Assembly (NCBI GenBank): GCA_023260495.1
Contig: JALQVB010000001.1
Span: 1 to 50,985, forward strand
DNA: 50,985 bases
DNA from: Aquiluna sp.
GTDB taxonomy: Bacteria > Actinomycetota > Actinomycetes > Actinomycetales > Microbacteriaceae
Direction of reading: 5' to 3'
The translations under genes and the position numbers were made by a program. The notes below the pieces were generated by a model. That model searched no databases and had not been told where the DNA came from. It worked only from the letters and a program-made list of their open reading frames with translations. Position 1 is the first letter of the stretch; every line of letters starts with the position of its first letter. Below, one piece after another: positions 1 to 9,889 of this stretch.

Positions 1-1231
1 CGATGCCGATTTGAGCAAGAGACTTGGCAAGCTGTTTGGCATTCCAGCAGCCAAAGCCGCCGCGCTCTAATAGCGCCTGCAGTCCAGCCGCATCGCTCCC
101 GTCCCAGTCAATCCGGCGGTCCTTAGAAGCAATTCCAAGGCCGACAATTTGGTTTTCCGAGATCTCGACTTCGATGTAGCCATCGGAGGCGAGCACTTCC
201 AGGTCGGCCACCATGCCGACTTCCTTTGCTGGTGGCGCGGCGGGTAGATCTTCGGCAGCAGTCAATACCGGAATAGAACCGGTCGGCGTTTCAGGTTCTT
301 CATGCTCAACTTTGGCCGTAATTACGCGGTGCTGCGAGCCGTTGGCTCCGCGCAGCTTGATGACGCGGGTTAGGAGGGTGCGGAAGGAAAGCTTCGCGAA
401 CACCTCTTTGACCTGGGCTTCGTTTACTGGACCCAGCTCGAGCTGTTCCACCGTGAAGTCAAACTCCAGATCCCGCACCAGGTGGTTCAGGCGCCTGTTT
501 CTAACAGCCAGTTCCTGGTGCTCTCGAAGGGATTCGCCGACCTTGCCCGGAATCTCTTCTGCGTTTTCCAAGATTGCCTCCAGTGAGCCGTACTGCTGAA
601 TCCATTTCGCGGCGGTCTTCGGGCCAACCCCAGGAATCCCCTTGAGATTGTCCGAGGTCTCCCCTACTAAAGCTGCGAGCTCTGGGTATTGCCTAGCGTG
701 AATGCCGTACTTTTCGACAACAGCAGCATCGTCCATTCGAGCGAGGTTCATCACTCCCTTGATCGGATAGAGCACCGTCGTTTGCTCGGTTATGAGCTGA
801 AAGGTATCGCGGTCACCGGAAACCACTAGTACGCGCATGCCATTGTCTTCGCCAATCTTCGCTAGCGAAGCAATCAAATCGTCGGCCTCATACATTTCCC
901 TGGATACCGAGGTGATGTTCATAGCCGCCAATGCCTCGACCAAGAGCTCAGTTTGGCCGATGAATTCCTCCGGGGTTTCTCCACGTGTTCCCTTGTATTC
1001 AGGAAGTTCTTTGGTGCGGAAACTTTCCCTGGAGACATCAAATGCCACGCAGAGGTGCGTGGGCTTCTCGCCTTCCAATATGTTCAAAAGCATCGAAATA
1101 AACCCGTGCACGGCATTGGTGTGCTGACCGGCTTGGTTCTTAAAGTTCTCCGGGTTCAGCGCAAAGAAGGCACGAAAGGCCAGCGAATGGCCATCAATAA
1201 GTAGCAGGGTAGGCTGATTTTCACCGCTCAT
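1..1231 (-). CDS. polA: DNA polymerase I, N-terminal part (runs off the left edge)
   Basis: Not in the ORF track because it is open at the edge. Read manually from ATG at 1231: MSGENQPTLLLIDGHSLAFRAFFAL...YEADDLIASLA...VVSGDRDTFQL...LVGETSDNLKGIPGVGPKTAAKW, the 5'-3' exonuclease domain motifs of PolA. Confidence 0.96.
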   Translation of the reverse strand, partial: MSGENQPTLLLIDGHSLAFRAFFALNPENFKNQAGQHTNAVHGFISMLLNILEGEKPTHLCVAFDVSRESFRTKELPEYKGTRGETPEEFIGQTELLVEALAAMNITSVSREMYEADDLIASLAKIGEDNGMRVLVVSGDRDTFQLITEQTTVLYPIKGVMNLARMDDAAVVEKYGIHARQYPELAALVGETSDNLKGIPGVGPKTAAKWIQQYGSLEAILENAEEIPGKVGESLREHQELAVRNRRLNHLVRDLEFDFTVEQLELGPVNEAQVKEVFAKLSFRTLLTRVIKLRGANGSQHRVITAKVEHEEPETPTGSIPVLTAAEDLPAAPPAKEVGMVADLEVLASDGYIEVEISENQIVGLGIASKDRRIDWDGSDAAGLQALLERGGFGCWNAKQLAKSLAQIGI

Positions 1232-1261
1232 GCGGCTAGCCTACTTGTGAAGGGGTGAGCA

Positions 1262-1708
1262 ATGACCGAGATCGAACCGGTGGCATCTGAGCAGGCTCTC
1301 GAGGTGATGAAGCTGCGAGGTCTTGGTGCACTTGCCGAGCGCATGGGTATTGATCTGATTGAACTGAGCGCTGAGCGCGCGGTGGCCACCATGCCGGTCG
1401 AAGGAAACACCCAGCCAATCGGACTGCTGCACGGTGGAGCACATGTGGTGTTGGCTGAATCGCTTGGAAGTTTTGCCGCTAACGTGCACGCCCACCCCTG
1501 GGGATATGCGGTTGGCATCGAATTGAACGCTTCCCACCACGGCTCAATCTCCGAGGGAATCGTAACCGGAACCTGCACCGCTGTGAAGCTCGGAAAGACG
1601 TTGACCACTCACGAAATTAAGATGACAGATGAGCAGGGTCGACTGCTGTCAACCGTGCGGATTACGAATTATCTTCGTCCGAAGCCTTCTGGCCAAGCTG
1701 ATCAATGA
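1262..1708 (+). CDS. PaaI/hotdog-fold thioesterase
   Basis: NTQPIGLLHGGAHVVLAESLGS motif, GIELNASH; AGGGG upstream of ATG; commonly adjacent to polA in actinobacteria. Confidence 0.92.
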   Translation: MTEIEPVASEQALEVMKLRGLGALAERMGIDLIELSAERAVATMPVEGNTQPIGLLHGGAHVVLAESLGSFAANVHAHPWGYAVGIELNASHHGSISEGIVTGTCTAVKLGKTLTTHEIKMTDEQGRLLSTVRITNYLRPKPSGQADQ

Positions 1709-2261
1709 CGGCTTTCGCGACCTGAGCCATAGATAGCCTTCGATCCATCGAGGCCTTTTGAATCCAGCGGAACGCATCTGGCTCGCTAAGTTTCATCTTG
1801 CTCATCAAGATTCCCTTGGCTCGATCCATCAGCTTTCTGGTTTCGAGTCGATCGCTTAGATCAGCAATCTCGCTCTCCAGCGCGGTTAGCTCCTCGTGAC
1901 GAGCAAGTGCAATTTGAATCGCTGGCAACAAGTCAGTTGGTTTGAATGGCTTAGTGACGTAGGCCATTGCCCCAGCATCGGCCGCCCGGCTTACCAAATC
2001 AGATTGCGAGAAAGCGGTCAGTAAGACAACCGGGATTTTTAGCTCGGCAATCTTTTCTGCCGCGCTGATGCCATCCAACTTAGGCATCTTGATATCCATC
2101 ACGATCAGGTCGGGCTTGTGCTCGTTTGCAAGTTCGATAGCCTCTTCGCCGTCTGCACCTTGTGCCACAACCTCAAAATCAGCTTCCTCGAGAGTTGCCA
2201 CCACGTCCATCCGAATGAGCGCCTCGTCCTCAACGACGACTACGCGGAGCTTCTCTTGCAT
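1662..2261 (-). CDS. pdtaR: ANTAR-domain response regulator (PdtaR-like)
   Basis: Receiver domain (VVVEDE, DLIVMDIKMPKLDG, TAFS, KPF) plus ANTAR (RKLMDRAKGILM...AFRWIQKASMDRR). Start moved from 2339 to ATG 2261 because the longer ORF overlaps the tRNA. Confidence 0.92.
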   Translation of the reverse strand: MQEKLRVVVVEDEALIRMDVVATLEEADFEVVAQGADGEEAIELANEHKPDLIVMDIKMPKLDGISAAEKIAELKIPVVLLTAFSQSDLVSRAADAGAMAYVTKPFKPTDLLPAIQIALARHEELTALESEIADLSDRLETRKLMDRAKGILMSKMKLSEPDAFRWIQKASMDRRLSMAQVAKAVIDQLGQKASDEDNS

Positions 2262-2291
2262 GGGCACTACTTTACCCAATTCCTTTTCCAC

Positions 2292-2297
2292 TACAAT
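2292..2297 (+). promoter_or_regulatory. Candidate -10 box (TACAAT) for tRNA-Leu
   Basis: TACAAT ends 10 nt before the tRNA 5' end; no convincing -35 seen. Confidence 0.55.
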
Positions 2298-2307
2298 TAG
2301 CGAGCCG

Positions 2308-2390
2308 GCCGGAATGGCGGAACGGCAGACGCGGAGCACTCAAAATGCTTTGTCCGAAAGGGCGTGTGGGTTCAAATCCCACTTCCGGCA
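2308..2390 (+). tRNA. tRNA-Leu(CAA), CCA not encoded
   Basis: Acceptor GCCGGAA/TTCCGGC plus discriminator A; D-arm TGGCGGAACGGCAGACGC; anticodon arm GAGCA-CTCAAAA-TGCTT; long variable arm; T-loop GGTTCAAATCC. Confidence 0.96.
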
Positions 2391-2391
2391 C

Positions 2392-2430
2392 AAACAAAAC
2401 CCCCTCGCAGTTAGCGAGGGGGTTTAGTTT
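2392..2430. terminator. Bidirectional intrinsic terminator between tRNA-Leu and pyk
   Basis: 12-bp stem AAACCCCCTCGC (2397-2408) / GCGAGGGGGTTT (2414-2425), loop AGTTA, A-rich left and T-rich right flanks, between convergent genes. Confidence 0.88.
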
Positions 2431-3872
2431 TACTTGGCGTAGCCGGGCGCTGCGGAGTGCACCGCATCTCCCACCCGGTGAACGCGAAGCGAATTGGTCG
2501 AACCTGGGATTCCCGGAGGCGAGCCTGCCACGATGACAACCTCGTCACCAACGCGAGCCTTGCCGCTCTCCAGCACGATCTCGTCCACCTGCTTGATCAT
2601 CTGGTCGGTGTGGGTGACTGGCTCCACTAAGAATGTTGTCGCACCCCAACAAAGAGCCAGCTTACGTCGCACCTCTTCGCTCGGCGTGAATGCCAGCACT
2701 GGAATGCGAGAGCGTAGTCGGCTCACGCGCTTTAGGGTGTCGCCACTTTCCGTGAAGACGCAGACGTACTTGCTGCCAAGCAGTTCGGCGATATCTAGAG
2801 CCGCGCGAACCACAGCACCAGAGTGGGTGTGTGGCTTGGTACCAAGCTCTGGGATTCGCTCAAGACCGTTCTCCTCCGTTGACTCAATGATTCTTGCCAT
2901 GGTTGAGACGGTCTCGATTGGGTACTCTCCCACCGAGGTCTCCCCCGACAGCATCAGGGCGTCCGCTCCATCTAGAACAGCGTTGGCAACATCGGACGCC
3001 TCGGCCCGAGTTGGACGCGGGCTGGAAATCATGGTTTCCAGCATCTGGGTCGCCACGATCACCGGCTTGGCCCAGCGGCGAGAAAGTTCTACCGCGCGCT
3101 TCTGCACCAGTGGCACCTGCTCTAGTGGCAGCTCAACACCAAGGTCACCGCGGGCAACCATGACACCGTCGAATGCGTCAACGATCTCCTCCAGGGCCGC
3201 AACTGCCTGTGGCTTTTCAATCTTCGCGATGACCGGAATGAATCTTCCCTCTTCGCTCATGATCTCGTGCACTCGCACAACATCCTTTGCGTTGCGCACG
3301 AAGCTCAGGGCAATCATGTCGGCACCGAGCCTCAGGGCCCAGCGAAGGTCATCTTCATCTTTTTCGCTCAGTGCAGGAACGTTTACGGCCACACCAGGAA
3401 GGTTGATGCCCTTGTTGTTAGAAATCGGGCCACCGATCTCCACCTCGCACTCGACTCTCGGTCCATCTACCTTCTTGGCGCGAAGTGCAATGCGGCCGTC
3501 GTCAATTAGCAGCGGGTCGCCTGGCTTTACATCCCCAGGAAGGCCCTTGTAGGTGGTGGAGCAAATGGTTGCGTCGCCGGCAATGTCCTCAGTCGTGATG
3601 GTGAAGGTGTCGCCATCGTTCAGGAATTCCTTGTCATTGGCAAAGCGGCCCAGGCGGATCTTTGGTCCCTGTAGGTCCACCAGGATGCCGACTGGCTTGT
3701 TTGCATCGGCAGCAGCCTTGCGAATGGTCTGGTAAACACCCTCGTGCACAGAGTGGTCGCCGTGTGAAAGGTTCATGCGGGCCACATCAACACCGGCCTC
3801 GATTATTGCCCTTGCCTTCTCATAGTCGGCTACTGCAGGGCCAAACGTGGCCACGATTTTTGCGCGTCTCAT
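2430..3872 (-). CDS. pyk: Pyruvate kinase
   Basis: RRAKIVATFGP, ARMNLSHG, DLQGPKIR, IAKIE, MVARGDLGVE, ATQMLETM, DALMLSGETS. Confidence 0.98.
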   Translation of the reverse strand: MRRAKIVATFGPAVADYEKARAIIEAGVDVARMNLSHGDHSVHEGVYQTIRKAAADANKPVGILVDLQGPKIRLGRFANDKEFLNDGDTFTITTEDIAGDATICSTTYKGLPGDVKPGDPLLIDDGRIALRAKKVDGPRVECEVEIGGPISNNKGINLPGVAVNVPALSEKDEDDLRWALRLGADMIALSFVRNAKDVVRVHEIMSEEGRFIPVIAKIEKPQAVAALEEIVDAFDGVMVARGDLGVELPLEQVPLVQKRAVELSRRWAKPVIVATQMLETMISSPRPTRAEASDVANAVLDGADALMLSGETSVGEYPIETVSTMARIIESTEENGLERIPELGTKPHTHSGAVVRAALDIAELLGSKYVCVFTESGDTLKRVSRLRSRIPVLAFTPSEEVRRKLALCWGATTFLVEPVTHTDQMIKQVDEIVLESGKARVGDEVVIVAGSPPGIPGSTNSLRVHRVGDAVHSAAPGYAK

Positions 3873-3894
3873 TTTGTTTTCTAATTACCTTTTC

Positions 3895-5352
3895 TTAGCT
3901 ATAAACAGCAATTGGTTGATCCGTCGGCTTGACAGGGAATGGGAGTTCGGTCTCCCCCTCAAGATATTCATCGATGGCAGCGGCAGCGGCGCGTCCTTCC
4001 GCTATTGCCCAGACCACAAGGCTGGCACCGCGACCGGCGTCGCCCGCGCTGAACATGCCGTTCCCTAGCTCGTACTTACTACCGCGCTTTAGGTTGCCCC
4101 GGTTATCAAGTTCGGTACCAAGCTGCTGCACCAGGGAATCCGATTCATTTCCGGTGAATCCCAGTGCCAAGAGCACCAGGTCTGCCGGCAGGATGCGCTC
4201 GGTTCCGGCCTTAGGTAGGCGCTTTCCATCAACAAACTCGGTGTCGGCAACCTTAACTCCGGTGACCCGGCCGTTCTCGCCGACGAACTCGACGGTTGAG
4301 TGAAGGTACTTGCGCTCACCAAACTCTTCGTGCGCACTCTGAACCTCAAACAGGTTCGGCACCATAGGCCAGGGCATGTCCTCAGTGCGTTCACTTGGTG
4401 GCTGCTTGCCGATGGCGAGCGTGGTGACACTGATGGCGCCCTGCCTGGTTGCGGTTCCGAGGCAGTCGGCACCGGTGTCGCCGCCGCCAAGGATGACCAC
4501 GTTCTTAGCCTCGGCAACGATCTGGTCTGGAACCTCTTCACCTGCCACCCAGCGGTTTGCCTGGGTTAGGTATTCCATCGCAAAGTGAACGCCATCGAGC
4601 TCGCGTCCTGGAACCTCTAGGTTGCGAGGCTTCAGGGCGCCGGTGGCAATTAGCACGGCGTCATAGCGCCGATTCAGCTCTTCCCAGGTGATGTCGACAC
4701 CGACGTTGACCGAAGTGCGGAAGCGAGTCCCCTCGGCTTCCATCTGGGCCACGCGCCTGTCAATGTGCTGCTTTTCAAGTTTGAAATCGGGGATCCCGTA
4801 TCTCAGCAGTCCACCGATCTTGTCGTCACGCTCATAAACGGCAACGGTGTGTCCGGCTCTGGTCAGCTGCTGAGCTGCGGCCAAACCAGCCGGTCCGGAG
4901 CCCACCACGGCGATGGTCTTGCCTGTTAGGCGCTCTGGTATCTGCGGCTTCACGAAGCCGTTGTTGAATGCATCATCAATGATGGAAACTTCGATTTCCT
5001 TGATGGTCACAGGTGGCTGATTGATTCCCAAGACGCAGGAGTCCTCGCATGGAGCTGGGCAGATGCGTCCGGTGAACTCCGGGAAGTTGTTGGTGGCGTG
5101 GAGTCGGTCAATCGCTTCACTGCCCCTGCCGCGGTGGGTCAAATCGTTCCATTCGGGAATTAGATTGCCCAGTGGGCAGCCCTGGTGACAGAACGGAATT
5201 CCGCAATCCATGCAGCGGGAGGCCTGTCGAGCAACAACTTCTCCATTGCGCTCCGCATAGACCTCTTTCCAGTCCTTGATGCGAACGGGAATCGGCCGGC
5301 GCGGTGCGGTCTCGCGCTCGGTTACCTTGAGAAAGCCTCTCGGATCAGCCAT
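3895..5352 (-). CDS. gltD: Glutamate synthase small subunit
   Basis: RCMDCGIPFCHQGCP and GRICPAPCE Fe-S motifs, GSGPAG, GGGDTGADC, AGDAGRGASLVVWAI. Confidence 0.98.
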   Translation of the reverse strand: MADPRGFLKVTERETAPRRPIPVRIKDWKEVYAERNGEVVARQASRCMDCGIPFCHQGCPLGNLIPEWNDLTHRGRGSEAIDRLHATNNFPEFTGRICPAPCEDSCVLGINQPPVTIKEIEVSIIDDAFNNGFVKPQIPERLTGKTIAVVGSGPAGLAAAQQLTRAGHTVAVYERDDKIGGLLRYGIPDFKLEKQHIDRRVAQMEAEGTRFRTSVNVGVDITWEELNRRYDAVLIATGALKPRNLEVPGRELDGVHFAMEYLTQANRWVAGEEVPDQIVAEAKNVVILGGGDTGADCLGTATRQGAISVTTLAIGKQPPSERTEDMPWPMVPNLFEVQSAHEEFGERKYLHSTVEFVGENGRVTGVKVADTEFVDGKRLPKAGTERILPADLVLLALGFTGNESDSLVQQLGTELDNRGNLKRGSKYELGNGMFSAGDAGRGASLVVWAIAEGRAAAAAIDEYLEGETELPFPVKPTDQPIAVYS

Positions 5353-8300
5353 TGGTCACCTCCAAGATCTGCGTCCAGACTTCGTCTCCATCTGGCTCAT
5401 AGCCAAGCTCACGGGCCTTGGACTGAATCTCTAGCACGCGAGCAAAGTCTCGCGGCATTACCCGACTGAAGTTAGCGCTCTCGCTGTCAAAGTTCTCGAT
5501 GAGGTTTGCTGCGAGTGGACTTCCGGTCTCGCTTAGGTGCTCCTTCAGGACCGCTAGTAGCTGCTCCTTGTCCTCGGTAGAAAGTTTGCCAATCGTAATC
5601 TCGCCACTCTGCAGTCCCTCTCGGTTAACCCGAGCCTCGGATAGCTTGTAGACATAAGCGATACCACCGGACATGCCAGCGCCAAGATTGATTCCAGTCT
5701 TGCCCAGAATCACTGCCAGTCCACCTGTCATGTATTCCAGAGCGTGGTCGCCCACTCCCTCAACAACTGCGGTGACACCGGAGTTACGAACCAGGAAGCG
5801 CTCCCCCACAATTCCGTTCAGGAAGATCTTTCCGCTGGTTGCGCCATACCCGATTACGTTTCCAGCAATCACATTCTCACTTGCGACAAAGCCGGCGCCG
5901 GATGGCGGTTTGACGACAACAGTTCCGCCGGATAGTCCCTTGCCGACGTAGTCATTGCAGTCGCCCTCCACGGTCAGCTTCATACCGCGCGGCATGAAAG
6001 CACCCAGCGATTGGCCGGCACTGCCCTTCAGGCGGAGGTCGATTGTGCCGGGCTCGAGCCCCTGCTCCCCCCACTTCTTGGTCAGCTCGTTGCCGAGCAT
6101 GGTTCCGATGGCCTGGTGGGTGTTGTTGATCTCAAGCTCCTTGACGATTGCAACGTTGTCGCGAATCGCCTGGCCAACCTCGTCTAACAGTGGGTAGTCA
6201 AAGTGGATCTGAAGTTCGTGGTCTTGGGTTGTAGTGCGATGCTGGGCTGAGTCAACGTGAATGTCCTTGGCCGCAAAGATTGGGGTGAGGTCAAGGCCAT
6301 CGGCCTTCCAGTGGTTGATGGCACGGTTGACATCTAGCGCTTCCACATGGCCAATCGCCTCTTCTAGACTCCGGAAGCCGAGCTGGGCGAGGTATTCGCG
6401 AACTTCTTGAGCCAAGAATTCGAAGAAGTTGACAACGTGGTCAGCCTGACCGCGGAAACGAGCTCGCAAGTCTGGGTTTTGGGTCGCCACGCCCACCGGG
6501 CAGGTGTCCAAGTGGCAGACACGCATCAAAATGCAGCCCTCGACAACAAGCGGTGCAGTCGCGAAACCAAACTCCTCTGCACCCAATAGCGCTGCTATGA
6601 CCACGTCGCGGCCCGTCTTCATGGAACCGTCTACCTGCACCGTAATTCGATCGCGCAAGCCATTGAGCAGCAAGGTCTGCTGAGTTTCGGCGAGGCCCAG
6701 CTCCCATGGTGTGCCGGCGTGCTTCAGCGAATTCAATGGCGATGCCCCGGTGCCGCCGTCGTGGCCGGAAATCAGAACCACGTCTGCCTTCGCCTTTGCC
6801 ACACCGGCTGCCACGGTGCCAACACCGAATTGGCTAACTAGCTTGACGTGAATTCGCGCGTCACGGTTAGCGCGCTTCAGGTCATAAATAAGCTGCTTGA
6901 GGTCTTCGATCGAGTAGATGTCGTGGTGTGGTGGTGGCGAAATCAAGCCAACACCAGGCGTGGAGTGGCGCAACTGGGCAATCCATGGATAAACCTTGTG
7001 AGGCGGCAACTGCCCGCCCTCACCAGGCTTTGCACCCTGCGCCATCTTGATCTGAATGTCGTCAGCGTGGGTGAGGTACATGCTGGTGACGCCGAAGCGG
7101 CCGGATGCCACCTGCTTCACGGCGGAACGACGCTCGCGGTCCAAAAGGCGCTCCACTGCTTCACCGCCCTCACCGGTGTTGCTCTTGCCGCCAAGGCGGT
7201 TCATCGCGATAGCAAGAACCTCATGCGCCTCCGGGCTGATCGCACCCATTGACATGGCACCGGTCGAGAACCGCTTAACAATCTCCGATACCGGCTCAAC
7301 CTCTTCAATCGGCACCGCCGGACGAAGGTCGTCACGTAGCTTGAACAGGCCGCGCAGCGTCATCAGACGTTCGGCCTGGTCGTCTACAGCCTGTGTGTAT
7401 TGCTTGAAGATGTCGTAGCGCTTGGCTCTGGTGGAGTGCTGCAGCTTGAAAATGGTGTTGGGGTTGAATAGGTGTGGTGGCCCCTCGCGACGCCACTTCA
7501 TCTCACCACCGACATCAAGCGGCAGGTGTGCCTTGGTCGCACCTTCAATCGGATAGGCAGCTCGATGGCGCTGCTCTATCTCGAGGTGGAGGATCTCCAG
7601 ACCGACACCGCCGAGCTTGGAGATGGTGCCGGTGAAGTACTTGTCAACCAGATCTGGAGCCAGACCGACGGCCTCAAAACACTGGGCGCCACCGTAGCTG
7701 GCCACGGTTGAGATACCCATCTTGCTCATCACCTTGAGGACGCCTTTACCAAGTGCCTTAATCATGTTCTTGGCGGAGCGCTCCGGGGTGATGCCCTCGA
7801 TAATGCCCTTGACAACCATGTCCTCAGCGGTCTCCAGCGCTAGATATGGGTTAACCGCTGATGCGCCGTAGCCGATCAGAGTGGCCATGTGGTGCACGTC
7901 CCGAGCGTCGCCACATTCCACTACCAGTCCGGCCATCAGGCGGGTGCCCTCGCGGATCAGGTGGTGGTGAACCGCACTGAGGCTCAGTAGTGAAGGAATT
8001 GGCGCGAGTTCACGATTTGAATCGCGGTCGGAGAGGATGATGAAGGTTGCACCCGACTCCAGGGCCGCATCTACTTGACCGCACATCTCCTGCAGCCTTG
8101 CTTCCAAGGCTTCAGCCCCGTCATCAACACGGTAGAGGCAGGAAATGGTGACAGCCTTGCCAATGTTGTTTCCGCGATCGATGTGCTTGATGCGAGAGAG
8201 TTCGTCATTACTCAAGATTGGGAAGTCCAAGACCATCTGCTTGGCGTGCTCTGGCGAAGCCTCGAGCAGGTTTCGCACCGGCCCGATGGAGGTGGTCATT

Positions 8301-9889
8301 GATGTCACGACCTCTTCGCGAATTGCATCCAACGGTGGGTTAGTTACCTGAGCGAATTGCTGAGTGAAGTAGTCAAACAGCAGGCGTGGACGTTCAGAAA
8401 TGGCGGCAATTGGAGTGTCGGTGCCCATGGCGCCAATAGGCTCCTGGCCGGTCTTGGCCATCGGAGCGATGAATTCCTTCAGGTCCTCTTCGGTGTAGCC
8501 AAAGACTCGTTGGCGCCTGTTCACCGATGCCGAGGAGTGCCGGATGTGCTCGCGCTCAGGCAAATCACGCAGGTTGATCCTGCTTTGCTCTAGCCACTCG
8601 CCCCATGGCTCGAGTGCCGCAACCTCTCCCTTGATTTGCTCGTCTTCGACGATCTGGCCTGCGACGGTGTCAATTAGGAACATCTTGCCTGGCTGCAGGC
8701 GGCCCTTGCGGACTACACGGTCTGCAGGAATATCGGCAACGCCGATTTCAGAGGCCAAGATGACAAAGCCATCCTCAGTGACCACGAAGCGTCCTGGCCG
8801 AAGTCCATTACGGTCTAGGGTGGCGCCAACTAGGTCGCCATCGGTGAAGACCACCGCAGCAGGACCATCCCATGGCTCCATGATCATCGAGTGATACTCG
8901 TAAAAGTCGCGCAGCTGCGGATCTAGGTCGAGCTGCTTCTCCCAAGCGCCAGGAATCATCATCATCATCGCGTGCGGAAGCGAACGACCGCTCAGCACTA
9001 AGAGCTCAAGCACCTCATCGAAGGTAGCGCTGTCCGAGGCGCCCGGGGTAACAATCGGCAAGAGTGGATCCAGCTCGCCCAGTACATCGCTGGCCAGCTG
9101 AGACTCGCGCGCTGCCATCCAGTTCGCGTTTCCCTTGACTGTGTTGATCTCACCGTTGTGGGCGATAAACCTGAACGGGTGAGCCAGCGGCCAGGATGGG
9201 AAAGTGTTCGTTGAGAACCTGGAGTGCACCAGGGCAAGCATTGACTCGAAGCGCTCGTCGGAAAGGTCAGGATAGAAAGGCTCCAGCTGCAGCGTGGTGA
9301 CCATGCCCTTATAAACAATTGTGCGACTAGACAGCGATGGGTGATAAAGGCCAATCTCACGCTCGCTGCGCTTGCGAAGGCGGAACAGCAAGCGCTCAAG
9401 CTCCAGACCAGCGGCCTTTCCAGCCACGAATACCTGCTCAACCACGGGCATCGCAGCAAGCGCTAGATCGCCAAGCACCTCCGGTCTGGTTGCTGGCACG
9501 CGCCATCCCAGCACTTCGAGCCCCTCCTGCTTGGCAATTTCAGCAAACTTTGCCTTGTCAGCGGCGGCGGTGTCCTTGTCCAGAAAAACCAATCCGACGC
9601 CATATTCGCCTGCAGCAGGCAGCGCGAAGTCAACGGTCTCCGCGAAGAAGCGGTGTGGCACCTGGGTCAGAATTCCAGCACCGTCTCCGGTACCGGCGTC
9701 AGAACCGACGGCCCCGCGGTGCTCCAGGTTTCGAAGTGCGCCCAGTGCCATGTCCACGATGTCGTGTCCCGCGGTGCCGCGCAGTGTGGCAACCATGGCC
9801 AAACCGCAAGCGTCACGCTCAGCACTTGGGTCATATAGACCCTGAGCCTCAGGTGCTACTGAGAAGCGCTGATAGGGGGAAACGGGCAT
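5345..9889 (-). CDS. gltB: Glutamate synthase large subunit
   Basis: ERDACG (Ntn Cys), HSRFSTNT, HNGEINT, PWDGPA, IKMAQGAKPGEGGQL, CILMRVCHLDTCPVG. Start set at ATG 9889 behind GGAG. Confidence 0.98.
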   Translation of the reverse strand: MPVSPYQRFSVAPEAQGLYDPSAERDACGLAMVATLRGTAGHDIVDMALGALRNLEHRGAVGSDAGTGDGAGILTQVPHRFFAETVDFALPAAGEYGVGLVFLDKDTAAADKAKFAEIAKQEGLEVLGWRVPATRPEVLGDLALAAMPVVEQVFVAGKAAGLELERLLFRLRKRSEREIGLYHPSLSSRTIVYKGMVTTLQLEPFYPDLSDERFESMLALVHSRFSTNTFPSWPLAHPFRFIAHNGEINTVKGNANWMAARESQLASDVLGELDPLLPIVTPGASDSATFDEVLELLVLSGRSLPHAMMMMIPGAWEKQLDLDPQLRDFYEYHSMIMEPWDGPAAVVFTDGDLVGATLDRNGLRPGRFVVTEDGFVILASEIGVADIPADRVVRKGRLQPGKMFLIDTVAGQIVEDEQIKGEVAALEPWGEWLEQSRINLRDLPEREHIRHSSASVNRRQRVFGYTEEDLKEFIAPMAKTGQEPIGAMGTDTPIAAISERPRLLFDYFTQQFAQVTNPPLDAIREEVVTSMTTSIGPVRNLLEASPEHAKQMVLDFPILSNDELSRIKHIDRGNNIGKAVTISCLYRVDDGAEALEARLQEMCGQVDAALESGATFIILSDRDSNRELAPIPSLLSLSAVHHHLIREGTRLMAGLVVECGDARDVHHMATLIGYGASAVNPYLALETAEDMVVKGIIEGITPERSAKNMIKALGKGVLKVMSKMGISTVASYGGAQCFEAVGLAPDLVDKYFTGTISKLGGVGLEILHLEIEQRHRAAYPIEGATKAHLPLDVGGEMKWRREGPPHLFNPNTIFKLQHSTRAKRYDIFKQYTQAVDDQAERLMTLRGLFKLRDDLRPAVPIEEVEPVSEIVKRFSTGAMSMGAISPEAHEVLAIAMNRLGGKSNTGEGGEAVERLLDRERRSAVKQVASGRFGVTSMYLTHADDIQIKMAQGAKPGEGGQLPPHKVYPWIAQLRHSTPGVGLISPPPHHDIYSIEDLKQLIYDLKRANRDARIHVKLVSQFGVGTVAAGVAKAKADVVLISGHDGGTGASPLNSLKHAGTPWELGLAETQQTLLLNGLRDRITVQVDGSMKTGRDVVIAALLGAEEFGFATAPLVVEGCILMRVCHLDTCPVGVATQNPDLRARFRGQADHVVNFFEFLAQEVREYLAQLGFRSLEEAIGHVEALDVNRAINHWKADGLDLTPIFAAKDIHVDSAQHRTTTQDHELQIHFDYPLLDEVGQAIRDNVAIVKELEINNTHQAIGTMLGNELTKKWGEQGLEPGTIDLRLKGSAGQSLGAFMPRGMKLTVEGDCNDYVGKGLSGGTVVVKPPSGAGFVASENVIAGNVIGYGATSGKIFLNGIVGERFLVRNSGVTAVVEGVGDHALEYMTGGLAVILGKTGINLGAGMSGGIAYVYKLSEARVNREGLQSGEITIGKLSTEDKEQLLAVLKEHLSETGSPLAANLIENFDSESANFSRVMPRDFARVLEIQSKARELGYEPDGDEVWTQILEVTNG

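Noticed and set aside
2262-2339. N-terminal extension of the ANTAR regulator ORF
   Set aside because: Overlaps the tRNA and its promoter; the receiver domain begins at Met 2261.
2308-2430. tRNA-Leu as an integration site
   Set aside because: No integrase, no duplicated tRNA 3' end; the terminator and pyk follow directly.
2494-3552. 352-aa plus-strand ORF and many similar antisense ORFs (e.g. 24157-24861, 9337-9942, 25313-25885)
   Set aside because: They lie wholly opposite well-conserved genes, are Ser/Thr/Pro/Arg-rich without motifs, and are expected shadows of GC-biased codon usage.
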